Under the pieces are notes generated by a model that worked only from the letters and a program-made list of their open reading frames with translations, had not been told where the DNA came from and ran no database searches. A stretch of DNA of 64,000 nucleotides from an uncultured Ignavibacteriales bacterium. GTDB taxonomy: Bacteria; Zixibacteria; MSB-5A5; GN15; FEB-12. Positions 19,542-30,808 of the stretch are shown piece after piece; position 1 is the stretch's first letter; every line of letters begins with the position of its first letter. The DNA lies in contig CAZFGK010000016.1 of assembly GCA_964518635.1 (NCBI GenBank), positions 2,943-66,942 on the forward strand, given 5' to 3'. The position numbers were made by a program, and so were the translations under genes.

Positions 19542-20903
19542 ATGGCGATGATCAAGGCAGCACAAAAGACACTCTATGTCTGTGCACAGTGTGGGGCAGG
19601 ACATCAGAAATGGCAGGGGCAATGCCGGGAATGTGGTGCCTGGAATTCTCTCGCCGAAGAACGTCTGAGCAGCTCCAAGAAAAAGCACGCCAGCAACGCC
19701 CCGGAATCAGTTTCACTCGCATCGATCAAACCAAGCCAATTGTCCGGTCTCTTGAGCGGGATTGCTGAGTTTGATCGTGTGCTTGGCGGCGGTCTGGTTC
19801 GCGGCATGAGTGTGCTTCTCTCCGGTGATCCGGGGATCGGCAAATCGACGCTCTTGTTGCAGGCAGCCGCTAGTTATGCCGCCCTCGGAGCGAGAGTCCT
19901 CTATGTCGCCGGGGAAGAATCACTCGATCAGATCAAACTTCGCGCCACACGACTCGGTCTGAAAGATTCATCGCTGGAAGTTGTGTCATCGACCGTGGTC
20001 GATGAACTCGCCGCTTTGCTTTCATCCAAGCCGTTTGATGTGCTCTTGGTCGATTCAGTGCAGACTCTTTCGAGTCCGCTCTTTGATTCACCTCCCGGAA
20101 CTGTCGCGCAGGTGCGTGAGTCGGCATACCAACTTACGTTGATCGCCAAAAGTTCGGGGACAAGTGTGATCATGATCGGTCATGTGACCAAAGAGGGGCT
20201 GGTCGCTGGTCCCAAAGTGCTTGAACATATTGTCGATACGGTGCTGACCTTTGAAGGGGATCAGACCCATCTGCATCGCATTTTGCGCGCGACAAAAAAC
20301 AGATTCGGCAGCACCAGTGAAATCGGCGTTTTTCGCATGACCGCACGAGGGCTCGAAGAGGTCGCGAATCCGTCGGCAGTCTTTCTTGGTCAACATGAGA
20401 AACCAACCCCCGGCTCGGCAGTGACCGCAATCTGCGAGGGAACCCGCACGATTCTCGTCGAAGTGCAGGCCCTTGTCACATCGGCTGCCTACGGCAGCCC
20501 GCAACGTGTCGCCAGTGGAATCGATCAGCGGAAATTGAGTTTGCTGCTGGCGATTCTCGAAAAGCGGGAAGGGTACCCACTCTCGCAGCAGGACGTATTT
20601 GTTTCTGTGACAGGTGGGCTTCGTCTGGTCGAACCAGCAGCAGATGCCGCCTTTGCGACGGCGATTATCTCTTCACTCACCAATCGACCGGTTGCCTCGC
20701 GGATGGTGGTGGTTGGAGAACTTGGACTCAGCGGAGAGATGCGTCCGGTCAGTCAGCTTGAACAGCGCATCAGTGAAGCAGCCCGTCTCGGCTTTACATC
20801 ACTCGCCGTTCCGAAGCAATCGATGGAGAAAAGTGGGAATTCGACCGGCTCAGTGCATCAGGTCGCCGATGTTGCCGGACTGATGCAAATTGTCTTCGAT
20901 TGA
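19542..20903 (+). CDS. radA: DNA repair protein RadA/Sms
   Basis: Zinc finger CAQCG..KWQGQC.ECGAWN, GDPGIGKST, KNRFG, Lon-like C-terminus. Confidence 0.97.
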   Translation: MAMIKAAQKTLYVCAQCGAGHQKWQGQCRECGAWNSLAEERLSSSKKKHASNAPESVSLASIKPSQLSGLLSGIAEFDRVLGGGLVRGMSVLLSGDPGIGKSTLLLQAAASYAALGARVLYVAGEESLDQIKLRATRLGLKDSSLEVVSSTVVDELAALLSSKPFDVLLVDSVQTLSSPLFDSPPGTVAQVRESAYQLTLIAKSSGTSVIMIGHVTKEGLVAGPKVLEHIVDTVLTFEGDQTHLHRILRATKNRFGSTSEIGVFRMTARGLEEVANPSAVFLGQHEKPTPGSAVTAICEGTRTILVEVQALVTSAAYGSPQRVASGIDQRKLSLLLAILEKREGYPLSQQDVFVSVTGGLRLVEPAADAAFATAIISSLTNRPVASRMVVVGELGLSGEMRPVSQLEQRISEAARLGFTSLAVPKQSMEKSGNSTGSVHQVADVAGLMQIVFD

Positions 20904-20974
20904 CTCAACTGATTTCAACTTGCTGCTGACTTCTGGCTGACAATCTCTCTTGTAACAACTATTCTCTCCGGCTC

Positions 20975-22120
20975 ATGTCCTCAAACAACACTGCACTCTA
21001 CACGCAATTCTCATCCGACGGGCTTGCTCGTCGTGGTCGTCTCAACACCGATCACGGTACCGTCGAGACTCCGGCATTCATGCCCGTAGGGACATCAAGT
21101 GCGGTGAAAGCTCTTACGATGGAAGATATTGAGCATGCCGGTGCCGAGATGATTCTTGGTAATACCTATCATCTCTATCTGCGCCCTGGACATGAACTGA
21201 TTCGTCGCCTGGGTGGGCTTGCGGCATTCAATGCCTGGAAGAAACCGACTCTGACTGATTCTGGTGGCTTTCAGATTTTTTCACTCCGTGATCTTTCTGT
21301 ACTCGATGACAACGGGGTCGAATTCAAGTCTCATCTGGATGGATCGAAACATCGCTTTACCCCTGAGAAAGTGATGGAGATTGAACAGGCAATCGGGGCA
21401 GATATTATCATGGTGCTCGATCAGTGTGCCCCCTATCCCTGTAGCCATGAAGAAGCGGCAACGGCAGTAACTCGCACCACAGCATGGGCAAAGCGAGCAA
21501 AAATCTATCTCGCGGAACATCCCGAAGATTCCAAGTGGCGACAATTCCTCTTCGGCATCGTGCAGGGATCAGTGAATGCAGAGTTGCGTGTGCAATCGGC
21601 AAAAGAGCTAGTCGATCTGGATTTTCCCGGCTACGCAGTTGGTGGCTTATCGGTAGGCGAGCCGAAGCCACTCATGGAAGAGATGCTTGCGGCGACGATG
21701 CCACAGCTACCGACTGATCGTCCGCGTTATCTGATGGGGGTTGGATATCCTGAGGATATTCTGATGGCGGTGTCGTATGGAATCGACATGTTCGATTGTG
21801 TCCTTCCGACCCGAAATGCCCGCACCGGCGCGGTCTTCACTTCCCGCGGGCCACTAGTCTATCGGAATGCCGAGTATGCCGATGATCCTCGTCCACTTGA
21901 TGAAGCATGCAATTGCCCTTGTTGCAAACGGTATAGCCGGGCATACCTGAGGCATCTGTACAATCAATCGGAAATTACTGCGATGGTCTTGTCGTCAGTT
22001 CACAATACTTTCTTTTTTCAGCATCTCATGCAGGGGATTCGCAAGGCAATCGAAGAGAAACGCTTCGATGCATTCAGAAAATCATTCTTGTCGGTCTATC
22101 AACAGGGGCAAATTCGATAG
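20975..22120 (+). CDS. tgt: Queuine tRNA-ribosyltransferase
   Basis: TPAFMPVGT, GNTYHLYLRPG, TDSGGFQ, GGLSVGEP, DCVLPTRNAR, CxCxxC. Confidence 0.97.
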   Translation: MSSNNTALYTQFSSDGLARRGRLNTDHGTVETPAFMPVGTSSAVKALTMEDIEHAGAEMILGNTYHLYLRPGHELIRRLGGLAAFNAWKKPTLTDSGGFQIFSLRDLSVLDDNGVEFKSHLDGSKHRFTPEKVMEIEQAIGADIIMVLDQCAPYPCSHEEAATAVTRTTAWAKRAKIYLAEHPEDSKWRQFLFGIVQGSVNAELRVQSAKELVDLDFPGYAVGGLSVGEPKPLMEEMLAATMPQLPTDRPRYLMGVGYPEDILMAVSYGIDMFDCVLPTRNARTGAVFTSRGPLVYRNAEYADDPRPLDEACNCPCCKRYSRAYLRHLYNQSEITAMVLSSVHNTFFFQHLMQGIRKAIEEKRFDAFRKSFLSVYQQGQIR

Positions 22121-22123
22121 CAG

Positions 22124-22738
22124 TTACTTGATCTTGAACAGGTAGCCGAAGGTCAGCGAAATTGAGCTGGTCTTGATCTTCTCTTTTCCGATTGCATACT
22201 CTGTCCCCAGCCCGTTGCTTCGTTCAACCAGACTTGGGTAAGTCTCCGTAATCCGTACTTCTATCGAATATCTTCGCATATAGCGAGCACCAAAAAAAAG
22301 ACGATAGCCGAAAGTCGGCTTGAAACTGAGCTGATCAATATCAGACGTACGAGACAGTGAATCACGAGTCGATTGATTCGGAGTGAAGCTATTAAACGTG
22401 TAGAGCGGTCCTGCTCCGAAAAAGCCGGTCAGTTCTCGTGTCCCGCGGTAATACATGGCTTCCGCTGAGATCGTATAAGTTTGAAGCGGCCCCTGTGGAT
22501 GGAGCGTACTCGAAATACTGCCGTCTTTGTACTCGGCACCAAACCGAATGATCAACGGATGAACGGTGAGCATCTCGTAACGAAGTGCCATCTCCGGCGC
22601 GGCTTTAAGAATTTCACTGGGGCTATGCAGACCGATGGAGAACTGCATATTTACGGCATTGGCAGTATCCTGCTCCAGCGGATTCAAAGGAGCAAGAGGG
22701 GCACACATCCAAAGTGAGAAGAGCGTAGTAAGTAGCAT
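22124..22738 (-). CDS. Putative outer-membrane beta-barrel protein
   Basis: Alternating beta-strands with aromatic residues; ends SLTFGYLFKIK; start uncertain (ORF extends to 22828). Confidence 0.55.
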   Translation of the reverse strand: MLLTTLFSLWMCAPLAPLNPLEQDTANAVNMQFSIGLHSPSEILKAAPEMALRYEMLTVHPLIIRFGAEYKDGSISSTLHPQGPLQTYTISAEAMYYRGTRELTGFFGAGPLYTFNSFTPNQSTRDSLSRTSDIDQLSFKPTFGYRLFFGARYMRRYSIEVRITETYPSLVERSNGLGTEYAIGKEKIKTSSISLTFGYLFKIK

Positions 22739-22861
22739 GACCGATTTGAAATATAACGAATATCCCCCCGCTTGCTGTTTACTTTCTTTTTGAAGCGAAT
22801 CATGCGCTGAGAAAATCCGAAAGCTCAACTCTAGTTCATTTTCGCCGCTGATATTCGGGCG

Positions 22862-22890
22862 TTGACCCTCTATTTGAGTAGCTCTATATT
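22862..22890 (+). promoter_or_regulatory. Sigma70-like promoter for the ALDH-arcC-cca-suc operon
   Basis: TTGACC-17-TATATT. Confidence 0.55.
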
Positions 22891-22989
22891 CGGGGCTTCC
22901 CTTTACGGGCTGACGGCTTCAGGTTGTCGGTCTCTTCAAGTGGCATCTGATGGGATGCCAGTAATGTGATACATAACAAGGAGTTAGCT

Positions 22990-24483
22990 GTGGCATCCGC
23001 GCCCATTCATAACAACTACATTAATGGCCAATGGGTCGCATCTAAAAATGGAGAGACCTTTGAAAATCGTAATCCTGCCGATCAACGCGACCTGATCGGG
23101 CTTTTTCAGAAGTCGACCCCTGATGATGTCCGCTCGGCAGTCGATGCCGCGAATCAAGCCTACGAGAAATGGCGACTCGTCCCGGCTCCAAAACGTGGTG
23201 AGCTTTTGTATCGAGTCGCAGCCCGTCTGGCGAGTCAGAAGGAGTCACATCTGCGTGACATGACCCGCGAAATGGGGAAGGTCATGGCGGAAACTGGCGG
23301 GGATGTGCAGGAAGCGATCGACATGACCTACTACATGGCAGGGGAAGGACGTCGCTTGTATGGGATGACTTCGCCATCAGAACTGCCTAACAAGTTCAAC
23401 ATGACAGTTCGTCAGCCACTTGGTGTCTGCTCGATGATTACTCCGTGGAATTTCCCGATGGCGATTCCGGCATGGAAGATCATGCCGGCGCTTATTTGCG
23501 GCAATACAGTAGTTATTAAGCCCGCAACCGACACACCTCTTTCTGTGGTGAATCTGATGAAGGCATTTCATGATGAAGGGCTTCCGCCGGGAGTGGTGAA
23601 TATGGTCACCGGAACGGGTAGTTCACTCGGTGATTCACTCATCACCGATGATCGGATCAAAGTAGTCTCCTTTACTGGTTCGACAGAGATCGGCAGAAAA
23701 GTCTCGCAACTCTGCGCGCCGAAATTTAAGCATGCCTGCCTCGAAATGGGGGGGAAGAACTTCCAGATTGTGATGGATGACGCCGAGATTGAGCTCGCCC
23801 TCGATGGCGTTCTCTGGGGTGCGTTCGGAACGACCGGGCAAAGGTGCACGGCGACCAGCCGACTCATTTTGCACGAAGCGATTGCAAAGAAATTTATCGA
23901 GCAGCTCGTCGAACGAGCGAAAGCAATTCGAGTCGGCAACGGTCTTGATCCGAAGATGCAGATGGGGCCGCATATCAGCAAGAGTCAGCAGGAATCAGTG
24001 CTGGCGTATGTCGAGATCGGAAAGAAAGATGGTGCCAAACTCGTCGCTGGTGGATCAAAGTTGACCGGTGGTGATTACGATCATGGATTTTTCTCCCAGC
24101 CGACGATCTTTGCCGATGTCGATCGCAGCATGCGAATCTGGAAGGAAGAGATCTTCGGGCCGATCCTGAGTGTGACCACCTGCAAGTCATTCGATGAAGC
24201 GATCATGCTTGGGAATGACACCGTCTATGGTCTGTCCGGTTCGATCTATACACGTGATGTGAACAAAGCCTACGCCGCGATCCGTGATGTGCAGACGGGA
24301 ATTTTCTATGTCAACGCACCGACTATCGGAGCCGAGACACACTTGCCGTTCGGCGGCGTAAAAGAGACCGGCAATGGGCACCGAGAGGCATCGGAAGCAG
24401 CGCTAGATGTCTACTCTGAATGGAAATCGGTCTATGTCGATTTCTCCGGCACCATGCAACGTGCACAGATCGACAATCAGTAA
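22990..24483 (+). CDS. NAD-dependent aldehyde dehydrogenase
   Basis: ITPWNFP, SFTGSTE, LEMGGKN, GQRCTA, EEIFGP, PFGG; AAGGAG RBS before GTG. Confidence 0.95.
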   Translation: MASAPIHNNYINGQWVASKNGETFENRNPADQRDLIGLFQKSTPDDVRSAVDAANQAYEKWRLVPAPKRGELLYRVAARLASQKESHLRDMTREMGKVMAETGGDVQEAIDMTYYMAGEGRRLYGMTSPSELPNKFNMTVRQPLGVCSMITPWNFPMAIPAWKIMPALICGNTVVIKPATDTPLSVVNLMKAFHDEGLPPGVVNMVTGTGSSLGDSLITDDRIKVVSFTGSTEIGRKVSQLCAPKFKHACLEMGGKNFQIVMDDAEIELALDGVLWGAFGTTGQRCTATSRLILHEAIAKKFIEQLVERAKAIRVGNGLDPKMQMGPHISKSQQESVLAYVEIGKKDGAKLVAGGSKLTGGDYDHGFFSQPTIFADVDRSMRIWKEEIFGPILSVTTCKSFDEAIMLGNDTVYGLSGSIYTRDVNKAYAAIRDVQTGIFYVNAPTIGAETHLPFGGVKETGNGHREASEAALDVYSEWKSVYVDFSGTMQRAQIDNQ

Positions 24484-24491
24484 GTCATTTG

Positions 24492-25448
24492 ATGCCTACT
24501 GATCGTCATAAGCGAACCGCTGTCGTTGCCCTTGGAGGGAACGCGATTACACAACCGGGTCAGGACGACACGATTGCGAATCAGTTTTCGAATACTCGTC
24601 TGGCCCTCGATGGAATAATCGATCTTTTGACACACGGCTATCGAGTCGTGATTACGCATGGGAACGGCCCCCAGGTGGGGAATGCACTCCTTCGCATCGA
24701 ACTCTCTCGCGGGAAGGCTCCTGTTCTTCCGCTTGGTGTCTGCGTTGCAGACACTGAAGGGGGGATGGGGTATATGATCGCGCAGTCATTGCAAAACAGA
24801 CTCAAGCAGGAGAATATCTCACTTGAAGTCGTGACCGTAATTACCCAGATGATTGTCGATGAGCACGACCCTGCGGTCGCAAATCCAGCGAAGTATGTGG
24901 GGCAGTTTTACACTGAGGCAGAAGCCAAAATGTATTCCGAGACTCGTGACTGGGTGATGAAGCAGGATGGAAATCGTGGCTGGCGTCGAGTCGTTCCCTC
25001 GCCAATCCCAACGAAAGTAGTCGAGGCACCAGTGATTCGTCAGTTGGTCGAGTCGGATGTGATTGTGATTGCAGCAGGTGGCGGTGGGATTCCGGTCTTC
25101 ATTGATCATCGCGGTCTGTACGAAGGAATGGACGCAGTCATCGATAAAGACATATCATCAGCGGTACTTGGCCGAGAGATCGGTGCAGAGATTCTCTGCA
25201 TTCTCACTGGCGTCGAACGAGTCGCGATTAATTTCGGAAAACCAGATCAAAAAGAATTGAACAAGGTTTCGGTGAGTGAACTTAAGAAATATGCCGCCGA
25301 AGGGCATTTTCCTGCCGGATCGATGGGGCCGAAAGTTGCTGCGGCAATCAAGTTCATTGAAAGCGGTGGAGAGATGGTCGCCATTACCTCGTTAAACAAT
25401 GCGCGGCGAGCACTGGCAGGAGAAGGAGGGACGATCGTCGTCCCGTGA
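24492..25448 (+). CDS. arcC: Carbamate kinase
   Basis: VALGGNA, THGNGPQVG, WRRVVPSP.P, GGGGIPV, AVIDKD, GSMGPK. Confidence 0.95.
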   Translation: MPTDRHKRTAVVALGGNAITQPGQDDTIANQFSNTRLALDGIIDLLTHGYRVVITHGNGPQVGNALLRIELSRGKAPVLPLGVCVADTEGGMGYMIAQSLQNRLKQENISLEVVTVITQMIVDEHDPAVANPAKYVGQFYTEAEAKMYSETRDWVMKQDGNRGWRRVVPSPIPTKVVEAPVIRQLVESDVIVIAAGGGGIPVFIDHRGLYEGMDAVIDKDISSAVLGREIGAEILCILTGVERVAINFGKPDQKELNKVSVSELKKYAAEGHFPAGSMGPKVAAAIKFIESGGEMVAITSLNNARRALAGEGGTIVVP

Positions 25449-26866
25449 TGTCACTCCCTATGTGCCACCTTTCAGCTTCAGCTCTGGATGCACTTCTCAA
25501 ACGTGGCAAAGTCTACGAGGTTGGGGGAGCAGTGCGTGATCGTCTCATGACCGGACGTTCGCCGCAGAAAGACCGTGACTATCTGGTCACTGGTATACCG
25601 TACGAAGAATTAACCGGTATTCTCAAACGTCATGGGCGAGTCGACCTGGTTGGCAAGAGTTTCGGTGTGATCAAGTTCACGCAGCAGACTCACACCTTTG
25701 ATATCACGCTTCCGCGTCGAGAATTTTCTACCGGTGTCGGACATGCTGATTTTGAGGTCGATTTCGATCCGGCACTTCCGGTGGAGGTCGATCTATCCCG
25801 TCGGGATTTCACTATCAATGCGATGGCAGTTGATGTGGAGAGTGAGACCGTCATCGATCCACTTGGTGGCATAAAAGACATAGAGCGACGTCTTCTGCGA
25901 ATGACCTCTCTTCGCTCCTTCGAAGAGGATCCGCTGCGAATGCTCCGTGCGATGCAGTTTGCCGCACGCTTCAATTTCGAAATCGAAGCAGAGACGCTCG
26001 CTTCTCTGAAAGAGCATGCTCAACTGATTAGTTCAGTCTCAGCCGAGAGAATTCAAGAAGAGATGAACAAGCTGCTTGAGCACAGCGATAGACCGTCGCA
26101 CGGATTTCGTCTGATGCAACAGACGGGATTACTCGATCATCTCTTTCCGGAACTTGCATTGTGTGTTGGTGTGACTCAACCGGGGCCGTATCACACTCAC
26201 GATGTCTTCGAGCACATTCTGCACACTCTTGATGCCGCTCCCAAGAATTTACGTATTCGTCTTGCCGCACTCTTTCATGACATCACCAAGCCGCAGCATC
26301 GGCGATTGGTCGATGATGGCGCGACTTTCTACAGTCATGAAATCAGCGGTGCACGAATTGCCAAGCGGGTGATGTCTCGCTGGCGATACAGCCGGAAACT
26401 GACCGAAGAGGTCGCCACCCTTGTTGAACGTCACATGTACACCCATGATGTCACTGACAAAGGACTGCGGCGATTGATTCGACGGGTCGGGCTTGATCTG
26501 ATCTTTGATCTTCTAGAGCTGCGACGAGCGGATATCGTTGGTCAGGGAAAAGGGGGACTAGGGCGGGATGTTGACGAGTTCGAACGCCGTATTCGGGAGG
26601 AACTCGACCGGAAACCCCCGTTCGGAATTTCTGATTTAGCCCTCTCGGGGCTGGATGTCATGAGACTTCGGGATATTCCCCCCGGGCCACTTGTGGGCTA
26701 CATTCTGAATGCATTGCTTGAGGCAGTGCTGGATGACCCGTCGCAGAACAGCGTTGAGGGTCTCACTCCACTGGTGATGGCTTACGATCTGAACAACCCA
26801 CGGGTTGTTCGTAGCGATACTGAACTTGAAATGGATGATGAAAGCCAGAAGGAAACTGATCTATGA
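25445..26866 (+). CDS. cca: CCA-adding enzyme / poly(A) polymerase family with HD domain
   Basis: VGGAVRD, DRD, DL.RRDFTINAMA, EDPLRMLRA, ERI.EE..K, HDV.EH...FHDITKP. Confidence 0.88.
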   Translation: MMSLPMCHLSASALDALLKRGKVYEVGGAVRDRLMTGRSPQKDRDYLVTGIPYEELTGILKRHGRVDLVGKSFGVIKFTQQTHTFDITLPRREFSTGVGHADFEVDFDPALPVEVDLSRRDFTINAMAVDVESETVIDPLGGIKDIERRLLRMTSLRSFEEDPLRMLRAMQFAARFNFEIEAETLASLKEHAQLISSVSAERIQEEMNKLLEHSDRPSHGFRLMQQTGLLDHLFPELALCVGVTQPGPYHTHDVFEHILHTLDAAPKNLRIRLAALFHDITKPQHRRLVDDGATFYSHEISGARIAKRVMSRWRYSRKLTEEVATLVERHMYTHDVTDKGLRRLIRRVGLDLIFDLLELRRADIVGQGKGGLGRDVDEFERRIREELDRKPPFGISDLALSGLDVMRLRDIPPGPLVGYILNALLEAVLDDPSQNSVEGLTPLVMAYDLNNPRVVRSDTELEMDDESQKETDL

Positions 26867-28005
26867 ACGTACATGAGTATCAGGCCAAGGAGCTGTTTGC
26901 TCAGGCCGGTATTCCGATCCCCGCCGGTGAAATCGCGACCACGCCGCAACAGGCGCGCGAAATCGCCGTCGGCTACCACAAAGCAGTGATGGTCAAAGCC
27001 CAGGTGCATACCGGCGGACGAGGGAAGGCCGGTGGGGTCAAATATGCCGAAAATCCGGAATCGGCTCGGGTCCTTGCGCAGTCTATTCTCGGCATGGATA
27101 TCAACGGACACAAAGTCCGTAAAGTGCTGGTGACGGTTGCAGAAGAGATTCTCTCCGAAGCGTATGTCGGGATCATTCTGGATCGCGCATCCAAGCGACC
27201 GGTGATCATGGTCTCCGCGGCCGGTGGGATTGACATTGAAGAGGTTGCTAAGAAGACACCGGAGAAAATTTTCAAGTATGCGGTTGATCCGCAGCAGGGA
27301 CTTCGTGTCTATCAGGCACGTCAACTTGCTGCGAAATTGTTCAAGGACACCGGTCAGATGAATCAGGCGACCGACATGATCATGAAGCTCTATCGTGTCT
27401 TCTGGGAATGTGATGCCTCTCTCGCTGAAATCAATCCTCTGGTCTCAACACCGGGTGGAAAGCTTGTCGCTCTTGATGCAAAACTCTCGGTCGATGACAA
27501 CGCACTCTATCGTCAGCCAAAAATCTCAGCCATGCGTGATATCGACGCAGAAGATCCGTCGGAAGTGAAAGCACGCGAAGCCGATCTATCCTTCGTCAAG
27601 CTCGATGGAAACATCGGGTGCATGGTCAACGGCGCGGGTCTTGCGATGACGACGATGGACCTGGTCAAACGATACGGTGCAGAGCCAGCGAATTTTCTGG
27701 ATATCGGCGGATCATCTAATCCGAAGAAGGTTGTCGCGGCGATGCAGATCATTCTTGCCGATCCAAAAGTCCGAGCGATTCTGATCAATATCTTCGGCGG
27801 CATTACGCGCTGTGATGATGTCGCTCGCGGACTCGTGCAAGCGTTCGATGAACTCCGTCCGCAGCTTCCCATCGTAGTCCGTCTCGCAGGTACGAACGAG
27901 CAGGAAGCAAAGCGTATCCTCGCCACGGTAAAACTTCACACCGCCGACACCCTCGATGAAGGTGTGAAGCGGGCAATCGAACTCGCCGGGCTGACGGTTT
28001 CGTAA
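26863..28005 (+). CDS. sucC: Succinyl-CoA synthetase beta subunit
   Basis: [47 protein letters not shown]. Confidence 0.97.
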   Translation: MNVHEYQAKELFAQAGIPIPAGEIATTPQQAREIAVGYHKAVMVKAQVHTGGRGKAGGVKYAENPESARVLAQSILGMDINGHKVRKVLVTVAEEILSEAYVGIILDRASKRPVIMVSAAGGIDIEEVAKKTPEKIFKYAVDPQQGLRVYQARQLAAKLFKDTGQMNQATDMIMKLYRVFWECDASLAEINPLVSTPGGKLVALDAKLSVDDNALYRQPKISAMRDIDAEDPSEVKAREADLSFVKLDGNIGCMVNGAGLAMTTMDLVKRYGAEPANFLDIGGSSNPKKVVAAMQIILADPKVRAILINIFGGITRCDDVARGLVQAFDELRPQLPIVVRLAGTNEQEAKRILATVKLHTADTLDEGVKRAIELAGLTVS

Positions 28006-28024
28006 CAAGAAGAGAGAAAGAAAT

Positions 28025-29080
28025 ATGGCAATTTTCATAGATAATAAGACACGAGTAATCGTGCAGGGAATTACCGGTCGTGACGGTAGTTTCCACGCTC
28101 AGCAAATGAAAGAGTACGGCACTCTGGTCGTCGGCGGTGTGACTCCCGGCAAAGGGGGAACGAGTATTGCCGGCATTCCAGTCTTCAACTCCATGGAAGA
28201 GGCGGTCGCCAAGACGAATGCAAATTGTTCGGTGATCTATGTACCACCTCCGTACGCAGCGGATGCGATCTACGAAGCCGCCGATGCCGGAATCAAACTG
28301 ATTGTATGCATCACAGAGGGGATTCCGGCGAATGACATGATGAAAGCCGTTCCGTATGTGAAAGATAAAGGGGGGCGTCTGATCGGTCCGAATTGTCCGG
28401 GACTCATTTCGCCGGGGCTTTCAAAAGTCGGCATCATGCCCGGCAATATTGTGCTGAAAGGAAATGTCGGCGTGGTTTCACGCTCTGGCACCCTCACCTA
28501 TGAAGCAATCTGGGCACTGACATCTGTGGGCATGGGGCAGTCATCTTGTGTCGGCATCGGTGGTGATCCGGTAAATGGAACGGGATTCATTGATTGCCTT
28601 GAAGCATTCGAAAAAGATCCGGCGACGAAAGCAATTGTGATGATCGGTGAAATCGGTGGCTCGGACGAAGAGGCCGCCGCTGCATTCATCAAGAAGCATG
28701 TCAAGAAACCGGTCGTGTCATTTATCGCCGGTCAGACTGCTCCTCCGGGACGACGCATGGGGCACGCCGGTGCGATTATCTCCGGCGGGAGTGGTTCTGC
28801 TGCTGACAAGATCAAAGCCCTCAATGATGCAGGCGTACCTGTTGCGGGATCGCCGACCGAATTGCCTGCGCTTCTGAAAGAACGGATGAGTGGCAAGAAA
28901 ATCGGCGTGGTGGTTGCACCAGTCGAGAAAATCGCTGTCGCGAAGACAAAACCAGGGAGTTTCCGAATGGGGATGTCATCCTCTTCGCCGAAGTCATCCG
29001 GCGCTGGGAAGAAAAGCATGGCGAAGCCGGTGAAAAAAGCAGCCACCAAGAAAACAGTCACGAAAAAGAAAAAGAAATAA
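28025..29080 (+). CDS. sucD: Succinyl-CoA synthetase alpha subunit with a Lys-rich C-terminal extension
   Basis: [36 protein letters not shown]. Confidence 0.97.
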   Translation: MAIFIDNKTRVIVQGITGRDGSFHAQQMKEYGTLVVGGVTPGKGGTSIAGIPVFNSMEEAVAKTNANCSVIYVPPPYAADAIYEAADAGIKLIVCITEGIPANDMMKAVPYVKDKGGRLIGPNCPGLISPGLSKVGIMPGNIVLKGNVGVVSRSGTLTYEAIWALTSVGMGQSSCVGIGGDPVNGTGFIDCLEAFEKDPATKAIVMIGEIGGSDEEAAAAFIKKHVKKPVVSFIAGQTAPPGRRMGHAGAIISGGSGSAADKIKALNDAGVPVAGSPTELPALLKERMSGKKIGVVVAPVEKIAVAKTKPGSFRMGMSSSSPKSSGAGKKSMAKPVKKAATKKTVTKKKKK

Positions 29081-29137
29081 CACCCTGACGAGTCCGCGGA
29101 GATCGCGGAGATACAGAAAGATAGAGAAGAAGATAGA

Positions 29138-29548
29138 ATGAGCAGATCCCTACTCATGGTAAAGCCGGATGCAACCGGCAGAAATCTGGTTGGTCATGTG
29201 ATCAACCGTCTCGAACGTGCACGTTTCAGCATTAAGGCAATGCGCATGCTCACCCTCACCGAAGCACAGGCGCGGCAGTTTTACGCCGTGCATGCGGACA
29301 AGCCATTTATCAATGGGCTGGTCGCATTCATGACCTCCGGTCCTGTTGTTCCGATGGTGCTGGAAAAAGAGAACGCGGTCGAAGATACCCGCGCACTGAT
29401 CGGCGCGACCAACCCATCGAAAGCCGCGTGCGGTACACTGCGATGGGAAATCGGACTGGATGTAGAAAAGAACTCGGTACATGCCTCTGATTCGGATGAA
29501 AATGCGGCGAATGAAATCGCCTTTTTCTTTCCTGAACTCAAGAAGTAG
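29138..29548 (+). CDS. ndk: Nucleoside diphosphate kinase
   Basis: VKPDA, FYAVHADKPF, SGPV, GATNP, NSVHASDS. Confidence 0.96.
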   Translation: MSRSLLMVKPDATGRNLVGHVINRLERARFSIKAMRMLTLTEAQARQFYAVHADKPFINGLVAFMTSGPVVPMVLEKENAVEDTRALIGATNPSKAACGTLRWEIGLDVEKNSVHASDSDENAANEIAFFFPELKK

Positions 29549-29585
29549 TACCGCTCACTGATAGTTGTAACAGAAGAAGAGATGT

Positions 29586-30512
29586 ATGCAAAAGAAAATT
29601 GCGGTTATCGGGGCAGGAAACGTCGGAGCATCATGTGCGATGTATATCGCAGAAGCGAATATCGCCGATGTCGTCATGCTGGATATCAACGAGGGTGTCG
29701 CCAAAGGGAAGGCCCTTGATCTGACTGAAGCCGGTCCGGTGCGTGGCTATAACGCCATGATCACCGGAACGAGCGACTACAAAGACCTCGCTGGTTCGGA
29801 TATCGTTATTGTCACCGCTGGATTGCCGCGCAAACCGGGAATGACTCGTGAAGACCTGCTCAAAATGAATGCCGATATCGTCGGCAGCGTTGCGCAGAAT
29901 ATCAAGACCCACGCGCCAAAGTCGATTGTGATCGTGGTTTCGAATCCACTCGATCTGATGACCTACCATATGTTCAAAGTGACCGGCTTTCCGGCGAATC
30001 GTGTGGTCGGTCAGGCCGGTGTGCTCGATTCTATTCGCTTTCGTTCATTCGTGGCGATGGAATTGGGAGTTGCCATGACTGACACGCAGGCCCTTGTCAT
30101 GGGCGGGCACGGCGACACTATGGTTCCGCTTCCGCGCTACAGCACCGTCGCTGGTGTGCCGATCACTGAGTTGATTTCTCCCGAACGGATCAAGGCAATT
30201 TGTGATCGCGCCGTCGATGGTGGTGGCGAGATTGTACGTCTGCTGCAAACGGGCTCGGCATTTTATGCTCCTGCGGCGGCGTCGGTGGATATGTGCAAAG
30301 CGATTTTCAGCGATGAAAAACGTGTGTTGTGCGCCTCTGCACTGATGAACGGAAACTTTGGACTGAACGACCTGTACATTGGTGTGCCGGTGGTGCTGGG
30401 TGCGAATGGGATCGAAAAGATTCTCGACATCAAGCTCTCGGCTGGCGAATCCGCTGCGCTGAAGAAATCAGCGGACACGTACAAAGAGCAGCTCAAGTTT
30501 CTGGGGTATTAA
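29586..30512 (+). CDS. mdh: Malate dehydrogenase (LDH-like type)
   Basis: IGAGNVG, TAGLPRKPGMTREDL, VSNPLD, GVLDS.RF, GGHGD. Confidence 0.95.
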   Translation: MQKKIAVIGAGNVGASCAMYIAEANIADVVMLDINEGVAKGKALDLTEAGPVRGYNAMITGTSDYKDLAGSDIVIVTAGLPRKPGMTREDLLKMNADIVGSVAQNIKTHAPKSIVIVVSNPLDLMTYHMFKVTGFPANRVVGQAGVLDSIRFRSFVAMELGVAMTDTQALVMGGHGDTMVPLPRYSTVAGVPITELISPERIKAICDRAVDGGGEIVRLLQTGSAFYAPAAASVDMCKAIFSDEKRVLCASALMNGNFGLNDLYIGVPVVLGANGIEKILDIKLSAGESAALKKSADTYKEQLKFLGY

Positions 30513-30579
30513 TTTCGTAACGAAGAAGGGCAGTCGAGGGCGCCTGCCGCTCACAGGCTGACTAGGTGGTGTTGCTCTT

Positions 30580-30604
30580 TGTCACCCTGAGATTGTCGAA
30601 GGGT
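30580..30604 (+). repeat. REP-like element, same family as 456-480
   Basis: TGTCACCCTGAGATTGTCGAAGGGT. Confidence 0.6.
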
Positions 30605-30808
30605 GATGTCCACAAGATGAATACCCGAAAACAAACCGACCTTTCAAGAGGTCGGTTCTTTTTATGGGCTGAAAATCAGGTGAGAATCTCCCTCTGAACA
30701 TTTGTCGAACGGAATGGTTCTTCGAATAGTATAATGACTTTGGGTTCAGCCCCGGTGCATTTATGTCCAATGCCGAGGTCGATCCCGCTACCGAAGGAGA
30801 TTGTTCAG

